Source: Corallococcus sp. Z5C101001
GTDB lineage: Bacteria; Myxococcota; Myxococcia; Myxococcales; Myxococcaceae
NCBI RefSeq assembly: GCF_007352635.1
Contig: NZ_VKLU01000005.1
Span: forward strand, 635,940-699,939
Direction of reading: 5' to 3'
Length of the DNA: 64,000 nt
Every line of letters begins with the position of its first letter. The first letter of the stretch is position 1. The position numbers and the translations under genes are program-made. The notes under the pieces were generated by a model that was given only the letters and a program-made list of their open reading frames with translations, was not told where the DNA came from and did no database searches. Below, piece by piece: positions 53,666-62,600 of this stretch.

Positions 53666-55991
53666 GGCGCGAAGACCGGGACCGGGAGGAGGACTTGGAG
53701 CCCGGGGACGCAGGCTCCGGCGGATTCTTCGGCGGCTCGGGAGGCGCGGACGACTTCGCGGTCGTGGGAGCCGCCTCCTTCACAGGCGCGGCACTCGGAG
53801 CCACGGGCGCTTCGCTTCGCGCGGGCGCGGCGCTCGAACTCCCTGGCGCCGGAGGAGCCCTTCGCGCCGCCTCGGCGGCCTCGCGTGCCTTGTCCAGGGC
53901 GCGCTGCTCGGACGCGGTGGGGCCTCGCGTGATGCTCAAGGCCCACGGGTCCCGAGGCGCCTCCGGCTCCGGGGCTGACACGGGCCCCGGCGAGCGTGCC
54001 TCGGCCCCGCTGACGGGGACAGGGCGCGCCAGCGGGAGGTCCCTCGCCTCGAGTGCCTCGCCCTGTGAAGGGGATGCGGACTCGGGTGCGCGTGGCGCGC
54101 TCGGAGTCCCGCTTGCCCCCGTCGCCCGCTCCACGGACAGGGACTGCTGATCCGAAGCGCCCGTCACCAGGGGCACGGCCTGGTATTGCTGATCCGACGC
54201 CCCCACCGCTCGATCCACGGACAGGTAGCGCTGCTCCGACGCCCCCACCGCGCGGGGAACGGTCAGATACCTTTGGTCCGAAGCCCCCGGTGCGCGCGGC
54301 ACCTCCAGATACTGCCGGTCCGAAGCCCCGGGCACGGCAGACACCGTGAGATAGCGCTGGTCCGAAGCACCCGGCGCCCGCGGGACATCGAGATACGCCT
54401 GGGCTCCCCGCCCCTCCACGTACCGCTGCTCGGAAGCCCCCGCGGCGCGAGGCACCTCCAGATAGCGGTACGCCGACACGCCTCCAGGAAGCAGCGTCTG
54501 CCCGTACCGCTGTTCCGAGGCACCGGCCGCACGAGCCACCTCCAGATACGGGTGGCGGGCCGGTGCTCCAGCGAGCTGGTCCGAAGCACCCGGCACTCGC
54601 TCCACGGACAGGTAGCGCTGATCCGACGCCCCTGGCGCACGCGACGGCGCCAGCACCTCTCCCCCGCCGAGCTTCGTCTCCCCCATCCGCGCCACGGCCT
54701 CGTACCGTTGGTCCGAAGCCCCCGGTGCACGCGGCACGTCGAGATGATCCGCTTCCGCGTAGCGCTGATCCGACGCGCCCGGGACTCGCGGCGCATCGAC
54801 ATAAGCTTCCGTGCGCTCGCGGTGGACCTCCGGCACGTCCATCACGCCCCCGCTCCCCGGCAGCGACACCCGGCGCCAGGTCACGTATTCGCGCTCCTGG
54901 ACACCTGGTACTCGCGTGGACGCCGCCTCCGGACCCGCCTCCGCGTGCTGTCGCTCCTCGACTGGCGGAGGCATGCGCAGGAACCGGATGGACGTATCCT
55001 CTGACGGCCCCGCGGGCGGCAGCGTGGCCCGGTTCGAGGACTGCCCGATGCGGCGCGACCGGCCATCGGCGCCGACGAAGTGCGCCTCCACCCGGTACGT
55101 GCGCCCGGGCGACAGGCCCTGAAGGTAGAAGCTGCGCGACTCCAGCGCGAAGTCCACCTCGCGCGACACGCCTTCACCGTCGAACACCTTCAATACGGCG
55201 CGAGGCGACGGCAAGCCGTCGAGCGCCCGACCCCGGGTCGCGTCGCTGAAGTCCCAGAAGGCGAACAGCGTGTGAGGATCCCGCGCGAGCAGCACCATCG
55301 CGTCGTCCTGGTAGTCCAGGGGCAACACGCCCAGGTGCTCTTCCCGCTCGGGCGACGCGTCAGCCGGCGGCAAGCGCGGCGACTGCTCCTCCAAGAGGTG
55401 GTGGCGGCGCGCCTCATCTGGCCCCGCCATCCTCGTCACGAAGAAGCCCTCCACCAGCGGCTCGGCCGCATGGGGCGGCTCGCTCGCGGGCGAAGCGGGC
55501 GCATCCGGAGCGGCGCCATCGCGAGCGCTCGACGGGCGCGGAGTCGCGACCTCGGGGCCGAGCGACAGCGTGTCCTCGTCATCCGGGTCCCGGCGAGCCT
55601 TCTCCCGGGCCGGGAACGTCACCACCCGCGCGGGCTGCGTCCTGGGCCCGCCACTGGGCTGCGTGATGGGCTCCTCGGAAAGTTCTCGTGCATGTGATCC
55701 CGCTGCCTCGGCCGGAGGCAGCGGCACGGACTCGGCAGGCGCGGCGTGCACGGGGCCGGAATCCTCCCGTCTGGAATCCAGCGTCCTCGCTTCACCCTTC
55801 ACGTCCCCCGAGCCACGCTGGGACGTGCCCAGCCCCGCCATGCGCGCGAGCCGCCCCAGGGCGGGAATGCGCTCGGCCAGCGAGGCGACGAACTCCCGCC
55901 CCCGGGACGTGCCGGACCCTTGCCGGAGGTATTTCCGGGCCAGTTCCCGCAGGTAGCTCACGGTGACGCCCTTCCGCTCATCCATGGACAC
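53652..55991 (-). CDS. DUF4912-domain protein with a long Pro/Ala/Ser-rich disordered region, about 14 degenerate PRAPGASDQRY-type repeats and a basic C-terminus.
   Basis: The DUF4912-like core is LPLDYQDDAMVLLARDPHTLFAFWDFSDATRGRALDG...AVLKVFDGEGVSREVDFALESRSFYLQGLSPGRTYRVEAHFVGADGRSRRIG. The gene's 3' end overlaps the GH57 start by about 14 nt, consistent with translational coupling. Confidence 0.6.
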   Translation of the reverse strand: MSMDERKGVTVSYLRELARKYLRQGSGTSRGREFVASLAERIPALGRLARMAGLGTSQRGSGDVKGEARTLDSRREDSGPVHAAPAESVPLPPAEAAGSHARELSEEPITQPSGGPRTQPARVVTFPAREKARRDPDDEDTLSLGPEVATPRPSSARDGAAPDAPASPASEPPHAAEPLVEGFFVTRMAGPDEARRHHLLEEQSPRLPPADASPEREEHLGVLPLDYQDDAMVLLARDPHTLFAFWDFSDATRGRALDGLPSPRAVLKVFDGEGVSREVDFALESRSFYLQGLSPGRTYRVEAHFVGADGRSRRIGQSSNRATLPPAGPSEDTSIRFLRMPPPVEERQHAEAGPEAASTRVPGVQEREYVTWRRVSLPGSGGVMDVPEVHRERTEAYVDAPRVPGASDQRYAEADHLDVPRAPGASDQRYEAVARMGETKLGGGEVLAPSRAPGASDQRYLSVERVPGASDQLAGAPARHPYLEVARAAGASEQRYGQTLLPGGVSAYRYLEVPRAAGASEQRYVEGRGAQAYLDVPRAPGASDQRYLTVSAVPGASDRQYLEVPRAPGASDQRYLTVPRAVGASEQRYLSVDRAVGASDQQYQAVPLVTGASDQQSLSVERATGASGTPSAPRAPESASPSQGEALEARDLPLARPVPVSGAEARSPGPVSAPEPEAPRDPWALSITRGPTASEQRALDKAREAAEAARRAPPAPGSSSAAPARSEAPVAPSAAPVKEAAPTTAKSSAPPEPPKNPPEPASPGSKSSSRSRSSRRGRK
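54110..54803. repeat. In-frame array of about 14 degenerate 13-14-aa repeats (consensus VPRAPGASDQRYLxV) within the DUF4912 protein gene.
   Basis: The units YVDAPRVPGASDQRY, LDVPRAPGASDQRY, LEVARAAGASEQRY, LEVPRAAGASEQRY, LDVPRAPGASDQRY, LEVPRAPGASDQRY, LTVPRAVGASEQRY, LSVDRAVGASDQQY and others are visible in the translation. Confidence 0.5.
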
Positions 55992-56119
55992 CTCGCCTCG
56001 TTATGTCGCGGCATACAGGGGGTCAACGCATCCGTCACGGGATGTGTTGGTCTGCCGACCCCGTTCTTCTCCGTCACGCCCGATGACACCTCCGCCTTGT
56101 CCAAGTATCCTGCGACCGC

Positions 56120-59100
56120 TTGAGTGACCTGCCCAGACTTCTCCTGTGCAGCTTTGACGTCATCCCCGGCCCGTCTGGCTCCTCACGCCGACTGACCGAG
56201 TATCTGAAGGCGTTGCCTGATCGCTTCTCCGTGGTGGTGCTGTCGGCGAAGACGCCCGACCACTCCCATATCGAGAAGTACCAGGGCGCCCGGCTGCTCC
56301 GGGTCCCGGTAGGCTCCGGGGACCTGGCCTCGCGCATCCAGTCCTTCGAACGGGCCGTGCGTCGGCAGCTGGAGAGCGAGGACTACGCCCTCGCCCACTT
56401 CACGGACCCCTTTGGCGGCTACGCGCTCTGCGAGCTGAAGGCGGACTACGGCTACCGCCTCATCTATGAGGCCCAGACGTTCCCGTCCCAGGAGCTGCGC
56501 TACACCCATCCGCAGACGGACGGGGACCGCCGCTTCCTGTCGAAGATCCGCCGGCAGGAGCTCTTCTGCCTGATGAACGCGGACCTCGTGGTCACCGGCT
56601 CGCAGACGACGCGCGCGTACATCCAGGGGCTGGGAGCGGCGGAGGACCAGCTGCGCATGCTGCGCGCGCCGGTGGACCTGCAACCGTACGACCCCGAGGT
56701 GCTCGGCGTCCCGGATGGGTCGCCCCTCCGGATGATGTACCTGGGCAGCCACGTGGGCTGGCAGGGCCTGCCCACCCTGCTGCGGGCCACCGCGCTCGCG
56801 GCCCAGCAGGTGGACGTGCGGTTGACGCTGGTGGGCGCGCACCATCCGGACTGGAAGCCCCACCTGGACGACCTGGTCAACGACCTGGGACTCAAGGAGA
56901 AGGTCGACTTCCAGCCGCCGGTCACGCACGACGACCTGGTGAAGGTGCTGGCGCTCGCGGACGTGGGCGTGCTGCCGCTGGACGACTCGGAGCGCAACCG
57001 GCTCCAGGGTGGACCGCTGGCCAAGGTCTCCGAGTATCTGGCCGCCGGACGGCCCGTCATCGCCGCGGACCTGCCCGTCACCCGTGAGCTGATTCCCAAG
57101 GACGCCGCGGTCTTCTTCCCACCCGGCGACAGCCGCGCCCTCTCCGAGCGCATCCTCGATCTGGCGCGCGACGTGCCTCGCCGCGTGGCGCTCGGACGGG
57201 CTGGGCGCGCGTTCGCGGAGAAGGTGCTGGACGCGCGCCTCATCCGGGGCCAGTTGCTGGACCTCTACGACTCGCTGCTGGAGAAGCGAGGGCACGTGCC
57301 GGTGGAGGCCTCCAGCGAACCGCCCGACGTCACGATGACGGGCACGCCCACGAACCGGCTCGCGAGCCTGGGCATGCCGGAGGCGTCGAAGCCCGCGCCG
57401 ATGCCCAAGGCCCCCGCGAAGCCCGCCGTTGAGGAAGCGGCGGCGCCCCCCGCGAAGGAAGGCGCGGAGGACCTGCCCCTGGTGATGGGGATGGCGCTGG
57501 ACGATGGGATGGACACGCGGCTCGTGAAGACCGAGCCGGACATGCGGCCCGACGAGGTCCCCATGGTGATGGGGCTGCCGCTCCGCGAGTCCGCCGCGAG
57601 CCCACCCGCCGCGGCGCCCGAACCCGCGTCCACGCCGACGTCCAAGACGACCGACGGGGCCGCGAGGAGCGCACTCCCGGTCCCTCCCGAGAAGGAGGAG
57701 CCCGAGCCCCTGGGCGGACGGATCGGCGACGCCCCCCAACCCACCGAGATGCTGACGCGTCCCGCCGCGAAGCCGCTCGCGGCGGGGGACGACGCACAGT
57801 CCTCCGACACGGGTGACGACAGCGCGGATGCGGCATCGTCCGGGGTGACGGTCGTGCGCCGGCCTTTCGGGGACGGCGAAGGCGACGCGCCCGCCTCTAC
57901 GGCCACCGTGCGCAAAGCGCCCGGAGACGCCGAGGAGTCGGCCCCGGCCGCCACACCCATCGTGCATCGACCGGCCGGAGATGATGTGGACGCCGCACCG
58001 GCGCCCACGCCCATCGTTCGCAGGCCCACGTCCCTGGACGACGACGAGAGCGCCGCACCAGCGCCCACGCCCATCGTCCGCAGGCCCACGTCCCTGGACG
58101 ACGACGAGAGCGCCGCACCGGCCCCGACGCCCGTCGTCCGCAGGCCCACCGCCCCGGATGACGACGAGCGCGTCTCGCCAGCGCCCACGCCTATCGTCCG
58201 CAGGCCTACGTCCCTGGACGACGACGAGAGCGCCTCACCAGCTCCGACGCCCGTCGTCCGCAGGCCTCCATCCCCGGACGACGAGCGCGCCTCACCAGCG
58301 CCCACGCCTATCGTCCGCAGGCCCGCCGACCCGGACGACGACGAGCGCGCCTCACCTGCGCCCACGCCCATCGTCCGCAGGCCCGCCGACCCGGACGACA
58401 ACGAGCGCGCCTCACCTGCGCCCACGCCCATCGTCCGCAGGCCCGCCGACCCGGACGACGACGAGCACGCCTCACCAGCGCCCACGCCCATCGTCCGCAG
58501 GCCCGCTCCTCCAGAGGAAGAGGACTCCGCGCCCGTCGTCCGCAAGTCCTCCTCCACGGAGGACGAGCCTTCCGCGTCCAGCGCACGCCGCCCCTCATCA
58601 CTCTCGGAGGACGAGGAGCGAGCCCCCACGCCCATCGTGCGCCGCGCCAGCGTCACCCGCGATGACGAGTCGCCCGCTCCGACGCCCATCGTGCGCCGGT
58701 CCTCCGTGCTGGCGGAGGACTCCCCGGAGCCACCGGCGCCCACGCCCATCGTCCCCATGCGGTCCGTGTTGAGCGGAGCCCGTAGCACCGGGGCCGGGCG
58801 GTCGACGCGGCCGAGCGCCACGCCGGATCAGGCCCCCTTCGAACCGCCTCGCCTCTCTCCCTCTCCCCTTCCCATGGCCGACGCGGACAAACCGCTCATC
58901 CGTGGCGGCCTCGTCGCGGATGCTGGCCGGCCCTCCTCCTCCCGTCCTCCGGTGCTCACGGAGTCCGACAAGCCGCCCCTCCGAGGGGGTCTCGCGCCGG
59001 ACGCGGACCGCCCACCGCAGCTGCCGCCCCGCGCCACCGCCCCGCCTCCCGTCCCCCGTCAGGGGCCGCCGCCACGGCTGCTGCCCACGCCGGATCCGCA

Positions 59101-59518
59101 GGCGAAGACACCACCCGTGCTGAGGCCCTCCACGCCCGCGCACGCCGACGACGAGCCGGAGGAGATCGCCGCCGACGAGGCCCAGTCCCTGGACGACGAC
59201 GTGAGCCACACGCCGTCGAACGCCAGCGCGGCGCTGGACGAGCCGGAGGAGATCGACAGCGACGAGGTCCACGACGCGGACTCGCTCGACATGGAGGACG
59301 CGGAGGCCGAAGACGCAGGGCCCGCGCCCGCGCCCCCTGGCTCCACGCTCAACCCGTGGTTCGCGCAGCTCGCGCACGGGTACTGCCCGCCCGAGGGCGC
59401 GCGCTTCGCCCGGCACACCCCGCCCACGAACTTCCCCGGGCGGGATCCGGATGAGGCCGCGTCCCCAGGGGCGACTCCCCCTGTCGGCCAGGGAGCGGTT
59501 CGCGGCAAGAACTCGTGA
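56120..59518 (+). CDS. Glycosyltransferase family 4 catalytic domain (about 390 aa) fused to a roughly 740-aa Pro/Asp/Ala-rich intrinsically disordered tail containing about 15 tandem 20-aa repeats.
   Basis: The N-terminal GT-B/GT4 features include MYLGSHVGWQGLPTLL..., the EX7E-like region (VLPLDDSERNRLQGGPLAKVSEYLAAGRPVIAAD) and the closing GRAFAEKVLDARLIRGQLLDLYDSLL. The tail repeats read PAPTPIVRRPTSLDDDESAA. The gene is divergent from the DUF4912/GH57 operon. Confidence 0.7.
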   Translation: MSDLPRLLLCSFDVIPGPSGSSRRLTEYLKALPDRFSVVVLSAKTPDHSHIEKYQGARLLRVPVGSGDLASRIQSFERAVRRQLESEDYALAHFTDPFGGYALCELKADYGYRLIYEAQTFPSQELRYTHPQTDGDRRFLSKIRRQELFCLMNADLVVTGSQTTRAYIQGLGAAEDQLRMLRAPVDLQPYDPEVLGVPDGSPLRMMYLGSHVGWQGLPTLLRATALAAQQVDVRLTLVGAHHPDWKPHLDDLVNDLGLKEKVDFQPPVTHDDLVKVLALADVGVLPLDDSERNRLQGGPLAKVSEYLAAGRPVIAADLPVTRELIPKDAAVFFPPGDSRALSERILDLARDVPRRVALGRAGRAFAEKVLDARLIRGQLLDLYDSLLEKRGHVPVEASSEPPDVTMTGTPTNRLASLGMPEASKPAPMPKAPAKPAVEEAAAPPAKEGAEDLPLVMGMALDDGMDTRLVKTEPDMRPDEVPMVMGLPLRESAASPPAAAPEPASTPTSKTTDGAARSALPVPPEKEEPEPLGGRIGDAPQPTEMLTRPAAKPLAAGDDAQSSDTGDDSADAASSGVTVVRRPFGDGEGDAPASTATVRKAPGDAEESAPAATPIVHRPAGDDVDAAPAPTPIVRRPTSLDDDESAAPAPTPIVRRPTSLDDDESAAPAPTPVVRRPTAPDDDERVSPAPTPIVRRPTSLDDDESASPAPTPVVRRPPSPDDERASPAPTPIVRRPADPDDDERASPAPTPIVRRPADPDDNERASPAPTPIVRRPADPDDDEHASPAPTPIVRRPAPPEEEDSAPVVRKSSSTEDEPSASSARRPSSLSEDEERAPTPIVRRASVTRDDESPAPTPIVRRSSVLAEDSPEPPAPTPIVPMRSVLSGARSTGAGRSTRPSATPDQAPFEPPRLSPSPLPMADADKPLIRGGLVADAGRPSSSRPPVLTESDKPPLRGGLAPDADRPPQLPPRATAPPPVPRQGPPPRLLPTPDPQAKTPPVLRPSTPAHADDEPEEIAADEAQSLDDDVSHTPSNASAALDEPEEIDSDEVHDADSLDMEDAEAEDAGPAPAPPGSTLNPWFAQLAHGYCPPEGARFARHTPPTNFPGRDPDEAASPGATPPVGQGAVRGKNS
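57900..58760. repeat. Tandem in-frame 60-nt repeats (about 15 copies, central ones near-identical) encoding P-A-P-T-P-I-V-R-R-P-[T/A]-[S/D]-[L/P]-D-D-D-E-[S/R]-A-[A/S].
   Basis: The unit ccagcgcccacgcccatcgtccgcaggcccacgtccctggacgacgacgagagcgccgca recurs with small substitutions (TSLDDDESA, TAPDDDERV, PSPDDERAS, ADPDDDERAS, ADPDDNERAS, ADPDDDEHAS). Confidence 0.6.
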
Positions 59519-59617
59519 GGCAGCCGACCGAGCACCGCCCGGAAACTTCCCAAGCCTTATACCCGCCCGCTAGGATGTCGCGGTTTTCACTGCACTTTTT
59601 GCTGGGTGAAGGGCTTC

Positions 59618-62600
59618 ATGGAGCGTCGCGTCCTCATCGTCGAAAGCCAGAACGACTTCGCACTCAGCATGGCCTCCGTGCTCAAGAGCGCGGGCTACAA
59701 CACGGCCATGGCCACCACTGCGTCAGACGCGCAGCGGGAGCTGGAGAAACGCCGACCCGATCTGGTCGTCGTGCGCGCGGAGCTGCCGGACCAGTCCGGC
59801 TTCGCCCTCTGTGGTCAGATCAAGAAGGGCAAGTGGGGACAGAACCTCAAGGTCCTCCTCCTCTCCTCCGACTCTGGCGTGGAGGGGCTGAACAAGCACC
59901 GTGAGACGCCCGCCGCCGCAGATGGCTATCTCGTCATCCCGTTCGAGATGGGAGAGCTCGCGTCGATGAGCGCGGGCATCGTGCCGCCCGGCTCCGATGA
60001 GACGGACGCGGACCTGGACGCCGCGCTCTCGGGCGCCCCGCGGGAAGCCCCGCCCCCCATGCCCGGCGTGCGCACCGGCGCCCCGCCCAAGCTGCCCAAG
60101 CGCGAGCGCCGCAGCGCGATGACGGACGAGGACAAGTCCTTCATGGACCGGGCCTTCTCGTCCATCGCGGACCGCAAGGCGGAGCTCTTGGCGGAGTCCC
60201 GCCAGTTGAAGCGCCCGCCCCCGCGCCGCGAGCTGATGGGCACGCCCGAGGGGAAGATCCAGATCCTCCGGGACGAGCTGAAGACGCGTGAAGCGCAGCT
60301 CGCGCGCCTGTCGGAGATCTGGAGCGTCCGCGAGCGGGAGCTGCTGTCCGTCGAGGACCGCCTCCACGAGAAGGACGTGGAGCTGCAGGGCCTGAAGATG
60401 CAGGTGGATGACCTGCTGCGGCGCTTCAACGACGCCCAGCAGTCCATCGTCCAGAAGGAGCGCGAGCACGGCGCCACCGTGGACGACCTGCTCCTGCAGA
60501 AGTTCTCCTCGGAGAAGGACCTCATCGAGGTCGTCGCCTCCAAGGAGAAGGACATCAACGTCCTGCGCAAGGAGGTCAACCTCCGCGACGAGGAGCTGGC
60601 CCGGCGCGGCGCGGACCTGGAGAGCTGGCGCAACGAGTTCGACAAGCTGGAGAAGCACCTCGGCGTCGTCACGCTGGAGTTCGAGGTCAAGGAGCAGAAG
60701 CTCCAGGACACCGTCCGCGCCAACGAGGCGGACATCCTCCAGCTGCGCGAGCGCGGCGACCAGTTCGAGTCGGAGCTGGGCCGCACCGTCAGCGAGCGCG
60801 ACCAGCGCTACGCCGAGCTGGACGGCGAGCTCCAGGCCCTCCAGGAGCGCCTGAGCCAGACGGAGCAGGAGCGCGACGCCACCGTGCGCGGCCTGGAGAC
60901 CCGGGCCACCACGGCGGAGGAGCACGCCAGCCGCTCCGACGCGGAGATCGAGCGCCTCAACGCCGAGCGCGCCCAACTGGAGCAGCGCCTCACGCAGCAG
61001 GTGGCGGACCTGGAGTCGGACATCGCGCGCGTCACTGGCGAGCGCGACCAGCTGCGGCTGGACAAGGACGCCCTGGAGGCGGACCTCACCCAGCGCGTGG
61101 AGGAGCGGGACGCGAAGCTCTCCGCGCTCGACCGCGAGCTGCAGGAGGCCATCGCCCGCAACGAGAACAGCGAGGCGGAGCTCAACGCCACCATCCAGCA
61201 GCACCGCGAGCGCATCGGTGAGCTGGAGGGCGAGGTCGAAGCCGTCAAGACGCACCTGGAGGACCGCGAGTCGGAGCTCAACGCGGAGCTCCAGGCGCTC
61301 CAGCAGGCCAAGGACGCGCTGGAGCAGGACCTCACCAGCCAACTGGAGGACCTGCGCGCCGCGAAGGACGCCCTGGAGGCGGACCTCAACGGTCAGATTC
61401 AAGCGCTCAGCGAGCAGCTGGACGCCGCCCAGCGCCAGGGCGAGCAGCTCTCCGCGCGCGTCGCCTCCCTCGAGGACACCGTCGCCCAGCGCGACGGCAC
61501 CATCGAGGGCCTGCAGTCCGACGTCGCCGAGCGCGACTCGCGCATCTCCGAGCTGACCGGCAACCTGGAGGCCACCAGCCAGCAGCTCTCCGAGACGCAG
61601 GGCACGCTCTCCAGCACCGAAGCCACCCTCGCGGAGACGCGCGGCGAGCTCGAGGCCACCAGCCAGACCCTCGCGGACACCCAGGCGACGCTGGCCCGCA
61701 CCGAGGGCACGCTGTCGGAGACGCGCGGCGAGCTGGAGGCCACCAGCCAGACCCTCTCCGAGACGCAGGCGAACCTCGCGCGGACGGAGGAGACGCTCTC
61801 CACCACCCGCGGCGAGCTGGAGGCCACCAGCCAGACGCTGGCCACCACCGAGGCCACCCTCGCCCAGACGCAGGACACGCTGGCGCGCACGGAAGGCACC
61901 CTCGCGGAGACGCAGGGCACCCTCGCCAGCACCGAAGGCACGCTCGCGGAGACGCGCGGCGAGCTCGAGGCCACCAGCCAGACGCTCGCGGACACCCAGT
62001 CCCGGCTCGCGCAGACGGAGGAGACACTCTCCACCACGCGCGGTGAGCTGGAGGCCACCAGCCAGACCCTCTCCGACACGCAGGGCACGCTCGCCAACAC
62101 CGAGGGCACGCTCGCGGAGACGCGCGGCGAACTCGAGGCCACCAGTCAGTCGTTGACGGACACGCAGTCGCGGCTGGCGCAAACGGAGGCCACGCTCGCG
62201 TCCACCCAGGGCGAGCTGGAGGCCACCAGCCAGACGCTGGCCACCACCGAGGCCACCCTCGCCCAGACCCAGGACACGCTGGCGCGCACGGAAGGAGCCC
62301 TCGCGGAGACGCAGGGCACCCTCGCCAGCACCGAGGGCACGCTCGCGGAGACGCGCGGCGAACTCGAGGCCACCAGTCAGACGCTGACGCAGACCCAGGA
62401 CACCCTGGAGGCGACGCGCGGCGACCTGGCGAAGGTGACCACGCACCGCGATGAGCTGGACGCGGAGCTGAACGAGACGCGCGACATCCTCCAGGAGACC
62501 AACGGCCTCCTGGCGCGAACCACCGAGGAGCGCGACGCTCGCATCGCGGAGCTGAAGGCGCTCCACGAGGCGAAGGATTCGCTGGAGCAGGACCTCACGG

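Noticed and set aside
54110-62430. Tandem repeat arrays (54110-54803, 57900-58760, 61560-62430) considered as CRISPR arrays or non-coding satellites.
   Set aside because: All three are in-frame within long ORFs with consistent codon usage. They lack the uniform repeat-plus-unique-spacer structure of CRISPR and have no nearby cas genes. They encode periodic protein motifs.
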